The position numbers were made by a program, and so were the translations under genes. This document shows, piece after piece, positions 35,185 to 45,048 of a stretch of DNA of 64,000 nucleotides (the stretch's first letter is position 1; the number at the start of each line of letters is the position of its first letter). The DNA is taken from the sequence record LC680884.1; one strand, 5' to 3'. The notes under the pieces were generated by a model that worked only from the letters and a program-made list of their open reading frames with translations, was not told where the DNA came from and made no database searches.

Positions 35185-38148
35185 TTACTTAACTACATCA
35201 ATACTAATTACGATGCGTTCAACAACCGCTTTAAACTTAACTGTGATTTTAACACGAAGAATCTGTTGAGTTTTATCATAATCAGATGCATATACGGTTG
35301 CAGAAATTTCATCACAACTTCTATTAGAAATGTAGGTAGATAGATAATCATTAAGATTGTACTGGAATGTTCTGATAGTTTCATCATCTTCAAACTCGAA
35401 TTGATAATCTTCAGCCATTTCCTCAACATTACGTTTAATATCAAGAGCAATGATAGCGTTATTGATATTAGATAATGGAGTTCTTTGCATATCAGCTGTT
35501 AATTGACTGCCAAACTTAGTACGTTTACTATCATGTTCTACATAGTTCAATTGACGAGTATATAATTGTTCCTTATAGGATTCATTTGGTACATAACTAA
35601 TAGACTTAAATCCATCAATTGTACCACGTTTGTTACCTGCAATTGGATATTGTAATCCATATTGAGATGCAACACTAGGAATCTTAGTAGCCAAGAAATA
35701 AGTTGGTGTTACTTTAATATCTCTTCCATTATACTCATCATAAACTACGAAGTCTTGAGTATAAATTCCAAGGAATTGGGAAGATACATTGAAAGAAGCA
35801 TTTCTCCAACTAATAGCATCTGCTGGACTAGCTTGAATACCAGAATCCGCATAGAAGAAAATATCTTTACGGATATCTCTTGCTAATGTAACAATTGCAT
35901 TCTTAACATCCGTTGGATAATTAGCATCTAATACAAATTGGAAAGGGGCAACTCTACGATTAGTAACACTATCATCAATTAATCCTTGATATCCTTTAAC
36001 TAGAAGACTTAACATAGTCTTACTCTTAAGTGAAGGATTACTTTCATCAAGATCACCATCACTACCATTCATAAAAATGGCAGGGGAATTAAAGTCTTGA
36101 AGCTGAGTAGTATAAACAATAGATTTCATCACAGTTACAACAGCTGTAGAGTTATCAATATTCTTACGAATACTAGATAATAGTTCAGCTTTTCCTTCTG
36201 TTGTAGAAACCTTTTGTGCATACAATTCAGTATTAGTATATGTTACAGGAACAATACCAGATACAATATTTGCAATTTTCTTACTAATAATATCATCAAT
36301 AATAAGTAAATCAATATTAACGATAGCAAGTTCACAAATATTATAAAGATCTGCAACTAATTCATCTAGACTGTTATAAATATTAGCAAGAATAGTTTTA
36401 GCCGCATCATTAGATACAATTGGATCAAAGATAGCATTATACATATCAATGATTGCATTATAACGAGTTACTGCTTGGTTAATATCTGTAGCAGATAGAG
36501 AATTTTCATTGATGATCATAAGAAGATAATCAATAGTTGTTTTAACATCAGAAAGAATAGAGGTTAAAGCACTTGCTTGTTCATCTTCATCACCAGTTCC
36601 TTTTAAAGTAAGAATAGTGTCAGAAATTTCATTAATCTTATCTTTTTTAGAAACTGCACGGATATCAATAATCTCTTTAAGATTTAACTTATTGTAAACA
36701 GAATTAACTTTCTCATCTAGATCAAGAACTGTTGAACTCATTTCTAATGCTTTATGATAACTTAGAAGTTGACCAATCAGACTCATAATATCTTTAATGC
36801 CTTGTTCAACAAGAGTATTCTCAGTGACAATCCGATTGAAATCTGATTCTAAATGACTACTATTAAATACTGTTACAAGGTTTTGAATAGTAGTATGATA
36901 ACCATTTAGCTTTTCAACCATTTCTGGGATTAAACCAGATTCAGGAGTTACACCATCAGGAGTATAAAGCAATTTAGTAATGATTGTATTATAATCATTA
37001 TTCTCAATACTATTGAACACTTGTTTCATATAATCGATACCAGCAAGATATCTTTCATACATACGTTTACGATAAGTGTTATCTGCCAATAGAATTGATT
37101 GCTCAATTAGATCACCAGCATCAATAATATTCAAGATTGGATTATCGTTAGAATCAGTCATAACATTTCCATTAGTATCATAGCGGTGTAAAGAAATATG
37201 TGTATCTTCAAATTTCTTAGTAATGTTACTATAGAAAGTATCAACTACACCTCGAACAGTTCTTGTCTTACCTGTTAGTGGATCAATCTTAGATGGAGAA
37301 ACATCTGGATTAATAGTACGACAAAGATCAAGGAAAGCATCTTCATTAAACATACATCTTAAATGAGTAGAATATTTATTAACTACATCCTCAATAAACA
37401 TACTTTCATTAGATGAAGAAAGAGCATCTGGACTCAAAGATACGTAAAATGGTCCTTCAATAATATTAGCGGTATTATATTCATCATATCTAATTACTTC
37501 AAAGTTATAAACACGGAAATCGTGTTGTTCATCATAAGAAGTATTTAGAGTGATTCGGAATCCCAAGTTATTATATGCACTTCCTCGTCCTGTAGGATAG
37601 ACTGCAAATAATAAGTGATTCTTAAATCCATCAATAGTCTCATCAGATGATCTATCTTTATTTAATTCATAATTTAATAGTGTTTCAGATACATTATTTA
37701 CATCTGAATAAGCAACTGCTGGTTTCAATGTAACATTTTTATAGGAAACAGCATTACCGTCCTTATCCTTGACTTTTTTAGTATCAACTTTAGAAAGAAC
37801 ATTTAAGAATGCATGAGCAAAACCTGCATTATCAGGCATTACACGCATACCATAAACTTCACCACCAGCCTTTAACCAGTTAATGATGTTATAAGCTGAT
37901 TGACCATATTTTTTAAGATTTGGATTACCAGTTTTGGCAATAAATTCATCAGGATCAGTATATAGTACTAGTTTATTATCTTCACCTTTTTCAGAAGTAA
38001 AGATAGAAAGCATTTTTTGTTGTCCAGAGCCACTTTGATAAGTGATCTCTTCACTATTGATTACACTTGTAACGCTTGGGTGTAACCAAGTAGGACTTAC
38101 TTCAGTACCAGTAGAAATTGATTGTGATGTACTAGCTTCAGTAGCCAT
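35185..38148 (-). CDS. Contractile tail sheath protein
   Basis: 987 aa. Sheath-type N-terminus (DPDEFIAKTGNP) and C-terminal LSNINN..FEFED..LRVKITVKFKAVVERIVISIDV. Confidence 0.88.
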   Translation of the reverse strand: MATEASTSQSISTGTEVSPTWLHPSVTSVINSEEITYQSGSGQQKMLSIFTSEKGEDNKLVLYTDPDEFIAKTGNPNLKKYGQSAYNIINWLKAGGEVYGMRVMPDNAGFAHAFLNVLSKVDTKKVKDKDGNAVSYKNVTLKPAVAYSDVNNVSETLLNYELNKDRSSDETIDGFKNHLLFAVYPTGRGSAYNNLGFRITLNTSYDEQHDFRVYNFEVIRYDEYNTANIIEGPFYVSLSPDALSSSNESMFIEDVVNKYSTHLRCMFNEDAFLDLCRTINPDVSPSKIDPLTGKTRTVRGVVDTFYSNITKKFEDTHISLHRYDTNGNVMTDSNDNPILNIIDAGDLIEQSILLADNTYRKRMYERYLAGIDYMKQVFNSIENNDYNTIITKLLYTPDGVTPESGLIPEMVEKLNGYHTTIQNLVTVFNSSHLESDFNRIVTENTLVEQGIKDIMSLIGQLLSYHKALEMSSTVLDLDEKVNSVYNKLNLKEIIDIRAVSKKDKINEISDTILTLKGTGDEDEQASALTSILSDVKTTIDYLLMIINENSLSATDINQAVTRYNAIIDMYNAIFDPIVSNDAAKTILANIYNSLDELVADLYNICELAIVNIDLLIIDDIISKKIANIVSGIVPVTYTNTELYAQKVSTTEGKAELLSSIRKNIDNSTAVVTVMKSIVYTTQLQDFNSPAIFMNGSDGDLDESNPSLKSKTMLSLLVKGYQGLIDDSVTNRRVAPFQFVLDANYPTDVKNAIVTLARDIRKDIFFYADSGIQASPADAISWRNASFNVSSQFLGIYTQDFVVYDEYNGRDIKVTPTYFLATKIPSVASQYGLQYPIAGNKRGTIDGFKSISYVPNESYKEQLYTRQLNYVEHDSKRTKFGSQLTADMQRTPLSNINNAIIALDIKRNVEEMAEDYQFEFEDDETIRTFQYNLNDYLSTYISNRSCDEISATVYASDYDKTQQILRVKITVKFKAVVERIVISIDVVK

Positions 38149-38181
38149 TTTATCTCTCCTTTACAGAAATCTTTATTTCAT

Positions 38182-38193
38182 TAATTAAATGTT
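38182..38193 (-). promoter_or_regulatory. Late promoter for the sheath gene
   Basis: AACA-TTTAAT-TA. Confidence 0.75.
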
Positions 38194-38213
38194 CTTTTAC
38201 AAATAAGAAAATT

Positions 38214-38960
38214 TTAGTACTTAATTATTCTTTCTACAGGTGATGGATTTTCATTCTCATTATTACGAGTTTTACGAATTGAAGATATAATGGCTTGGTT
38301 AATATCTTCAAATGTCATTGCATTAAATGTTGAGTTAATAGCAGGTAATTTCTTAAGAGCTATATTATTATAGTCATAGTCGGATACTTTAGCATTCTCT
38401 TTACCAATCATCATTCTAAATGGAACTTCTGTATTATTTCTATAGCGACATAGTTCAGCAATGATTAATTCAAATATTACTGATGGGTTATTTAATTTTA
38501 CTTTATTTAAAGAGATACTTTCATGATATAAGTCAATTATATCACTGTACTTTAGTGATTTAGGTAATTTTCCACCATGAAGTAGGTAAATAAATTTTTT
38601 ACTGTTTTCAGCAGATTGTTCTTTAATAACATTATCAATGAATACAGAGCCTTTTTCCAATTGAAAAACTCTATAATCGTCCTTATCTAAGTCTGCTCTT
38701 AATTTAGTAGATATATCATGGTATGTTGTAAATTCAAACTTTATTTCCATAGGAAGCTTTAATAGATGAATCTCACCTTTATTTTTGGATTCTTTTGGTT
38801 GAGTGTAAACCATAAAGTTAAAAACCCCTAATGTATTCACCATATCACCATGATAACTAGCAATTCCTTTTGAAAAATAGTCTTTAGGAATATAAACTTC
38901 CATATATTCACCATCAAAAATTATTTTATTATCAACTTTCTTTAAAAAATTATATTTCAA
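38214..38960 (-). CDS. Probable extreme C-terminal beta-prime fragment of the virion RNAP
   Basis: PSVIFELIIAELCR, STFNAMTFEDINQAI and SPVERII align by eye with QSVHSELIIREMMK, SLSRSLLFEQVKKQL and SILDKLL at the end of 9078..10973. Late promoter at 38991..39002. Confidence 0.65.
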   Translation of the reverse strand: MKYNFLKKVDNKIIFDGEYMEVYIPKDYFSKGIASYHGDMVNTLGVFNFMVYTQPKESKNKGEIHLLKLPMEIKFEFTTYHDISTKLRADLDKDDYRVFQLEKGSVFIDNVIKEQSAENSKKFIYLLHGGKLPKSLKYSDIIDLYHESISLNKVKLNNPSVIFELIIAELCRYRNNTEVPFRMMIGKENAKVSDYDYNNIALKKLPAINSTFNAMTFEDINQAIISSIRKTRNNENENPSPVERIIKY

Positions 38961-38990
38961 TTGTTAAACTCCTTTCATGACTTAGTAGTT

Positions 38991-39002
38991 CAATATTATG
39001 TT
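38991..39002 (-). promoter_or_regulatory. Late promoter AACA-N6-TG
   Basis: AACA-TAATAT-TG. Confidence 0.65.
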
Positions 39003-39007
39003 TTAAT

Positions 39008-39051
39008 AATAAGTAAACCTATATATAATTTAATATATAGGTTTACTTATT
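39008..39051 (-). terminator. Terminator hairpin
   Basis: 19-bp stem AATAAGTAAACCTATATAT / ATATATAGGTTTACTTATT. Confidence 0.8.
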
Positions 39052-39054
39052 TAT

Positions 39055-39771
39055 TTACTTTGTTTTAGCACTACCAATTAATTCATCTTTTAGTAACTGA
39101 GTTAATTTGATAAGATTATTAATCAATTCTTCTTTTTCTGGATATTCTTTATCTAAATTATTAATATTGTTAATTAAGAATCCAACAAAGATAGCATAAC
39201 CGCCTCGCTTAAGAGAAGCAGTATTAATAAAAGCATAAATATATGACGCTGTCATTCTAGAATAAGATTTCAAATCATCTGGTAATACTCCTTTAATCAT
39301 TTTTTCTAAATAAAAGGATGTATTAAATGTAAAAGTATTATTATTCTTTAATTTATTTTCAGCTTTATTTCGTAATGCTTTATAATTATTAAGTAAAGTT
39401 TTAGGCTTTAAAGTAGGTTGTAATTCACTAAATGCTTTAAAATTATAACTACTTTTAATCATAAAAATCTGTCTCTTAATTTTTTCTTTTAATTCTTCAC
39501 TCTGTGAATCATCTTCAAGAACCTCTTCTAGCTGTTTAATAAAAGCACTACAGCCAGAATATTTCTTAACTTCTTCCTCAATCGTAGCAATAGTATCAAA
39601 TTCTTGCTTAATTTCATTAGCAGACTTTTCTAATACCTCAAAATCTTCTTTATTTTCTTTATCTAAACCTAGATCTTTAAAAGTTTTTAATAGTGATTCT
39701 GAACTTTCTTGAAGTCCTTTCATTGTTTTAATCATGTCATTATTTTTACTGTCGATAACTGCCATCTTCAT
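39055..39771 (-). CDS. Hypothetical late protein (terminase-sheath cluster)
   Basis: 238 aa, SD TGGAGG. Confidence 0.7.
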   Translation of the reverse strand: MKMAVIDSKNNDMIKTMKGLQESSESLLKTFKDLGLDKENKEDFEVLEKSANEIKQEFDTIATIEEEVKKYSGCSAFIKQLEEVLEDDSQSEELKEKIKRQIFMIKSSYNFKAFSELQPTLKPKTLLNNYKALRNKAENKLKNNNTFTFNTSFYLEKMIKGVLPDDLKSYSRMTASYIYAFINTASLKRGGYAIFVGFLINNINNLDKEYPEKEELINNLIKLTQLLKDELIGSAKTK

Positions 39772-39785
39772 AGTCCTCCAATAAT

Positions 39786-40556
39786 TTATTTTTTATCTGA
39801 ATATTTATTTACTAATTGAGTTCTAGCCTGCAAGTAATATACTTCATTTTTCTTAATAGCATTAAGAATATTATCAATAAAGCTTTCTCCAATATTAATA
39901 TATTCAGTATTCTCATCAAATAAAGTACCAATAACCATATTCGTAATTTCTTGTTCATCATCTATCATTAGCTGTACTAGATCAAACCCAGACTCCACTG
40001 TCAGGTTTGAAATAATGTCAGGTAATTTACAAATAATTACTGCAATATCTTTATTAATAGTCTTCTTGATGTTATTGTAGGTAAGGTCTTTTTTATCAAT
40101 TAAAGGCTTATAATATTTAATAAGATCTTTAATTTCTCTGTCAATATATCCAGAGATAACATTAACTGAATTTACTTTATTTCTAATTATGAAGAAATCA
40201 TAAAGGTTCCCAATAATATTAAACTTCTCTTCATCATCAAAGAATGCAGGTAAATTTAATGTAAAATCAAATTTTTCTTCAATTAGTGTTTTAAGTTTTT
40301 CATAAAATTCTTCTCTAATTTCTTTTATTTTTTCACATACTTCTTCATACTCTGAATATTTATTCATAATATAATTATATTTACCAGTAAAATAAGTAAT
40401 ATAGTATACTGGATTACTATCAGATTGTACAAATACATTGCTAATCTGTTCTTTCAAACTATCAAAAATAATATCATCTGATAAAGATGTAATTACATGA
40501 TCAATATCCTCATCTGTTAAAAATTTTGCTTCTTGTTCATCCATCATTTCAGCCAT
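39786..40556 (-). CDS. Hypothetical late protein, probably virion-associated
   Basis: SD AGGAGG gives a start at 40556 (MAEMMD); late promoter AACA-AATTCA-TA at 40600..40611. Confidence 0.7.
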   Translation of the reverse strand: MAEMMDEQEAKFLTDEDIDHVITSLSDDIIFDSLKEQISNVFVQSDSNPVYYITYFTGKYNYIMNKYSEYEEVCEKIKEIREEFYEKLKTLIEEKFDFTLNLPAFFDDEEKFNIIGNLYDFFIIRNKVNSVNVISGYIDREIKDLIKYYKPLIDKKDLTYNNIKKTINKDIAVIICKLPDIISNLTVESGFDLVQLMIDDEQEITNMVIGTLFDENTEYINIGESFIDNILNAIKKNEVYYLQARTQLVNKYSDKK

Positions 40557-40632
40557 TAGACTTCCTCCTATATATGTCAACTAATTTTAATTAAATTCAT
40601 ATGAATTTGTTAGTAATTCTCTTCAATATAAA

Positions 40633-40662
40633 AAAGAATGTAGATTTTCATCTACATTCTTT
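40633..40662 (-). terminator. Terminator hairpin after the terminase gene
   Basis: AAAGAATGTAGAT-TTTC-ATCTACATTCTTT. Confidence 0.8.
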
Positions 40663-40665
40663 CAT

Positions 40666-43600
40666 TTATCTATTTAAACTAGTAATAAAATTTAGGCTTT
40701 TCATTCTTTTTTGCTTTCTAATATTATTATCATTCTCATTATGATCTTCAAAAAATCTACTTTCATTCTTATACATTTCTAATAATATTTCACTCTGTGA
40801 TTTTTCACCACTATTAATTTTAGACAATGCATGAATGTTTCTAGCTCTATCTTTATTATTTTCTTCATTCTCATTATTATCGCCATCACTGATGACTTTA
40901 ACAAATTTATTTATATTATTTCCATATAAGAAAGCATAGCATGCCACTAGCCATGAGAATAATGTATCATCATGACCTCCATCCCTATGCTCAATCTTTC
41001 CTTTCTTATTTCTTTCTAATGTTCTTAATTCTTCAAAAATATATTTACTTGTAAACACATATGGAGTATCATTAACTGCATTACTAAGAATCTCATTGAT
41101 CATTATATCCCGACTATCTTTACTAGTAGTAACCCCATAAACTCTTGTTTTAGTCTTAACTGTCTTTTTAGATGATCTTTTTGGATCATCAACTTTCTTT
41201 TCTCCTTTTACTTCTCTAACTTCATAATATAAGTTATTAGCTACTTCTGAACGTAGTAGATCTTGTATTAAAGAGATACCTAAGTTATTTCGTTCTGGAA
41301 TAATGACACCATTAGGACAAAATTCTAATACTAGGTGTATAACCAAATCTTTTAAATCAGGTAAAGATATATTATTACTTCTAAATACTGCTTTTTGAAC
41401 CATATCTTTAGGATCAATAATAGATATCACTGTAAAATCTCGATTCAAACCTGCTCCAATATCTATACCGATTAGCCATGATTTTTTAAATATATTTCGC
41501 ATTTCACTGAAAATTTCAAATTTATATCTTTTCATTACATAAAACTTACCAATAGGTTCACCTGCATGTTGTCCAATTTCTGCTAATTGTTCCTCTGAAA
41601 AAGGCGAAGTATCGTTAGCCAATGTCCATTCCAATAATATTTCACGTTTAATTTTTAATAAGTCATTATTGAGCTGACGACATTGTTTTTGATACCATTT
41701 CTCATCATGTCCTAACTCTTTATAATTAAATACTAAATAAACAAAGTCATTTCGAGAGTTCTGTTCAATATATTTTTTAATTTCATCAATATCCCAATCA
41801 TACCAAGCTTCATCAAATGGACATGCATCATCAATCATACCCTTACAATATTTACCCATTTCTGTATCAAGATCATTCATTTATCTTCCATTAGATTCGC
41901 TACATCTAATGCGTTCTCTTATGAACTGCTCCATGTTACCATGAAGATGAGACTATATCTTCATCTCATTGAGATGCTTCCCTTTTCCAACCTCAATCAC
42001 TTAGGTTGTACTCTACTCCCTTCCTTCTAACTAGCGTTATCACAACGATCTGTTAGAGTGGTTTCGATAGTCGTTGAACCTTCATTGTTATAAACAACAA
42101 TGCTTGGATGCTGATTGTCCATATAGGATTTTCCAGCAATTAAGGAAGATTCAATTACATTATTACTAATGTATTGCCCAATAGTTTAGGAGTTGTTGTA
42201 ATTAATTTTCCGTAAGGAGTACCATTACGCTGTGCGGCTTCTGATGCTTTTGATAGTGCTGGTGCAGCACTCATAATTACCTTCCATTAGATTCGCTACG
42301 TCTAATGCGTTCTCTTATGAACTGCTCTATGTTTCCATAGAGATGAGACTATATCTTCACTCCAGTATTTAATACCTTCATCATGCTCTCCTTTTCCTTT
42401 CGCTTGAAAGTACTCTACTCAATATAATACAAATTATATTTTTCGATAGTCGTTGAACCTTCATTGTTATTTATAACAATGCTTGGATGCTGATTGTCCA
42501 TATATCCTTTAGATTATTACACTTTGGTACTAAAGACTTTAGGAGTTTCCAGCAGTTAAGAGAGTTTTAATACGCCAGTTACACCAGTTTAGCGTATACC
42601 GTATCATTATATTTTAAAAATGCAAATTCATCATCATTTATCTTCATATAGATTCGCTACGCCTATACCGTTCTCTTATGAACTGCTCCATGTTACCATG
42701 AAGATGAGACTATATCTTCATCTCATTGAGATGCCTTCCATTTCCAACTCCAATCGCTTGAGTTGTACTCTACTCCCTTATCCTTATCTAGCATTATCAC
42801 AACGATCTGATAAGTCGGTTTCGATAGTCGTTGAACCTTCATTGTTATTTATATAACAATGCTTGGATGCTGATTGTCCTAAAAGGATGTTCCAGCAGTT
42901 AAGAAGGATTCATTATAATATCACTATTATAATGGGCTAAAAATTTAACCATATAATTGGTACTGTACAACCACGCAAGTTACCTTCATATAGGTTCGCT
43001 ACGCCTATACCGTTCTCTTATGAACTGCTCTATGTTACCATAGAGATGAGACTATATCTTCACCTAAATACGGCGCTCCCCTTTTTGAATACCTATAGCT
43101 TGTATTCTACTCTACTCCCTTATCCCTATCTAGCGTTATCACAACGATCTGATAAGTCGGTTTCGATAGTCGTTGAACTTTACTTTTAAAAGTCTTAGCT
43201 TCTGATTATCCTTGGAAGGACGTTCCAGAAATTAAAGGAGTTTATACTGAGCCATAGTTAGTTAACCCAGTTTGTCAGCGTCAGTAACAGTCCTAGCAGT
43301 ACTCATTGCATCAATTTTATTATTATTCTTTGCACATGAAATTTGAGCTAAGTTATTTGTATCTTTTTTAGGATCTAAATGCGTTTTTAAATAACTTGGT
43401 AATAATTCTGTTATATCATTGAAACGTTTAATATTTAATTGGGAATCGGCGTATTGTTTATTACTAAAAATCATATGAGTATTTTTGGTAGCCCAATGAT
43501 ATACCCATATATATCGACATACAGCCCCAATTGTTTTTCCATTCTGACGAGGTAGTATCTCAATCATATCAATATTATTTTCCATAAGAAACATTTGACC

Positions 43601-43867
43601 AAGATTAGCTCTGTGTAGCATGAAATGAATAGAACCACCCGATTCAGGAATTCGCACTACTTCCCTCAAGAAATACCAAAAGTTAGTCATTACTTCAACC
43701 TGTATTCTTACCTTTTGTTCATCAGTTAAATTTGGATCATATGGATCAACACCTTGTAATGTTTCATCATTCAATTTTAAAAAGAATTTATTATTTTTTA
43801 TACCTTGATCTTTTAGAAACTTCCAGATCTTAATAAAACTTAGGTTTCTAGTAGAATAATCATACAT
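40666..43867 (-). CDS. terL: Terminase large subunit; spliced complement(join(40666..41877,42188..42271,42591..42634,42948..42975,43265..43867)), 656 aa
   Basis: Walker A PRQNGKT. Splicing restores KLG|RGCTVPIIW-Y-DEFAF (Walker B), VYA|SAAPAL and TTTP|NDLD. RNase H nuclease IGIDIGAG..DDTLFS. The frame is continuous over all four junctions. Confidence 0.94.
41878..42187 (-). mobile_element. Group IA intron, ORF-less (terL intron 4, 310 nt)
   Basis: Exon ends CCT, intron ends AAATG. P, Q, R (GTTCAACGACTA) and S (AAGATATAGTCT) present. Confidence 0.92.
42272..42590 (-). mobile_element. Group IA intron, ORF-less (terL intron 3, 319 nt)
   Basis: IGS GGCGTAT pairs with the exon end ATACGCT; the preceding ACT pairs with the 3' exon AGT; R and S conserved. 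Confidence 0.93.
42635..42947 (-). mobile_element. Group IA intron, ORF-less (terL intron 2, 313 nt), inside the Walker B strand
   Basis: TGGT|..AAATG|ATGATGAA restores W-Y-D-E; R and S conserved. Confidence 0.93.
42976..43264 (-). mobile_element. Group IA intron, ORF-less (terL intron 1, 289 nt)
   Basis: Starts with TAA. IGS GCTCAGT pairs with ACTGGGT, and ACTATG pairs with the 3' exon CGTGGT; R and S conserved. Confidence 0.94.
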
Positions 43868-43893
43868 TTAATCAACCTCCTATTATGATATAT

Positions 43894-43905
43894 TAATAGA
43901 ATGTT
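43894..43905 (-). promoter_or_regulatory. Late promoter for terL
   Basis: AACA-TTCTAT-TA. Confidence 0.75.
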
Positions 43906-43929
43906 TGTACCGTATTAAAATATAAAACT

Positions 43930-43942
43930 AAGTATATATTAT
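43930..43942 (+). promoter_or_regulatory. Early-type promoter motif
   Basis: AAGTATATATTAT; the same 13-mer occurs on the minus strand at 21979..21991. Confidence 0.65.
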
Positions 43943-43973
43943 ATATGAGAAAGAGTGAAAGGAGAGAAAGTCA

Positions 43974-44687
43974 TTGGTACGAAAAGAGAGAAGAAATATT
44001 GACAAGGAAATAATAGAATACTTTGGAATCAATTATGAATTAGAGGATGTAATTAAATTCTTTAAAAGAAACAAAGATGTGATTACGAATAATGAATTAC
44101 AGACAGTAATTATAAAATTTGGTGGAGATAGAATACTTTCTAATGAAGAAGTAGGACAGATCGTAAATCTATCATCAGCAAGAGTAAATCAGTTAGTATG
44201 GACAGCATTTGAAAAATGTAAAAATGAAGAAATACAAGAAGGTAAAAGAAAGAAAAATTTAACATATCAAATTGATAAAGATTTACTAGATTTAAGAACG
44301 TTTAACTTATTAAGACGGAATGGTTTAGATAATCTAAGTAAATTAATAGATTATATGAGTAAGAAAAGATTAAAGAGTATTGATAAACTTGGTGATCTTT
44401 CTGAAAAAATGATATTAACTGCTTTAGAAACAATGGGAATATCCGATAAGATAATTACTGAATATAAGAAAACTCATGGAATAGAAGGATTTGAGTATAA
44501 ATTATATGGTGCTTTTATAACATTTGAAAATAGTGATAACTCCATTTTGGATTATTTTGCTATACCTGAAAATGAAGAAACTGAGAGTTATATAAGAAAC
44601 CAATTTCCAGATAAAAATATAACTAGTATTCAATATTCCCCTGTTAGTGTAAATGGATTTAGAATCCTACTAACTAAACTAACATAA
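43974..44687 (+). CDS. Sigma70 region 4-like HTH fused to an RNAP alpha-CTD-like domain
   Basis: ITNNELQTVIIKFGGDRILSNEEVGQIVNLSSARVNQLVWTAFEK (sigma4-like) and LDLRTFNLLRRNGLDNLSKL..IDKLGDLSEKMILTALETMGI (alpha-CTD-like). Confidence 0.8.
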   Translation: MVRKERRNIDKEIIEYFGINYELEDVIKFFKRNKDVITNNELQTVIIKFGGDRILSNEEVGQIVNLSSARVNQLVWTAFEKCKNEEIQEGKRKKNLTYQIDKDLLDLRTFNLLRRNGLDNLSKLIDYMSKKRLKSIDKLGDLSEKMILTALETMGISDKIITEYKKTHGIEGFEYKLYGAFITFENSDNSILDYFAIPENEETESYIRNQFPDKNITSIQYSPVSVNGFRILLTKLT

Positions 44688-44820
44688 GACATCTTAGAGA
44701 TTCACCTGCATAAACTAGTTCAGGTGAATTTTTTTTTTCTTTTTTGAGTTTCAAGATGAAGTTTTCTGGTTAAAATAAAACATCTAGAAATACCAACTCT
44801 CACTCAAGGAGGAATTTGAA

Positions 44821-45009
44821 ATGAGCAAAGCGGAGGTCAAAGAACTACTTGATGGTATTGATGAAATTAGTTTTGATTTTGTAGAATTAGATGATGATAG
44901 CAATAGCGAATTTATCGGAGAACTAAATGATATGGAAGATGAATTGTATGATATTGGACCATTTGCTACTTATATAGTTGATAATCTTGGACAATTAATA
45001 ACTGAATAG
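44821..45009 (+). CDS. Small highly acidic protein (62 aa)
   Basis: SD AAGGAGG; 19 D/E versus 2 K. Confidence 0.75.
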   Translation: MSKAEVKELLDGIDEISFDFVELDDDSNSEFIGELNDMEDELYDIGPFATYIVDNLGQLITE

Positions 45010-45013
45010 TTAC

Positions 45014-45048
45014 AATAAAGAAGGACAGATACTTTGCCCTTCTTTATT
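45014..45048. terminator. Bidirectional terminator
   Basis: AATAAAGAAGG..CCTTCTTTATT between convergent genes. Confidence 0.7.

Noticed and set aside
40666-41880. 404-aa ORF as an independent gene
   Set aside because: Its ATG is the last three nucleotides of intron 4 (terminal G) with no SD; it is terL exon 5.
42620-42856. 78-aa plus-strand ORF
   Set aside because: Antisense to terL intron 2 and its junction; a chance open frame.
41878-43264. Roughly 350-bp periodic near-identical repeats suggesting a CRISPR array or tandem repeat
   Set aside because: The units contain group I P/Q/R/S elements, and the spacers are in-frame terminase exons.
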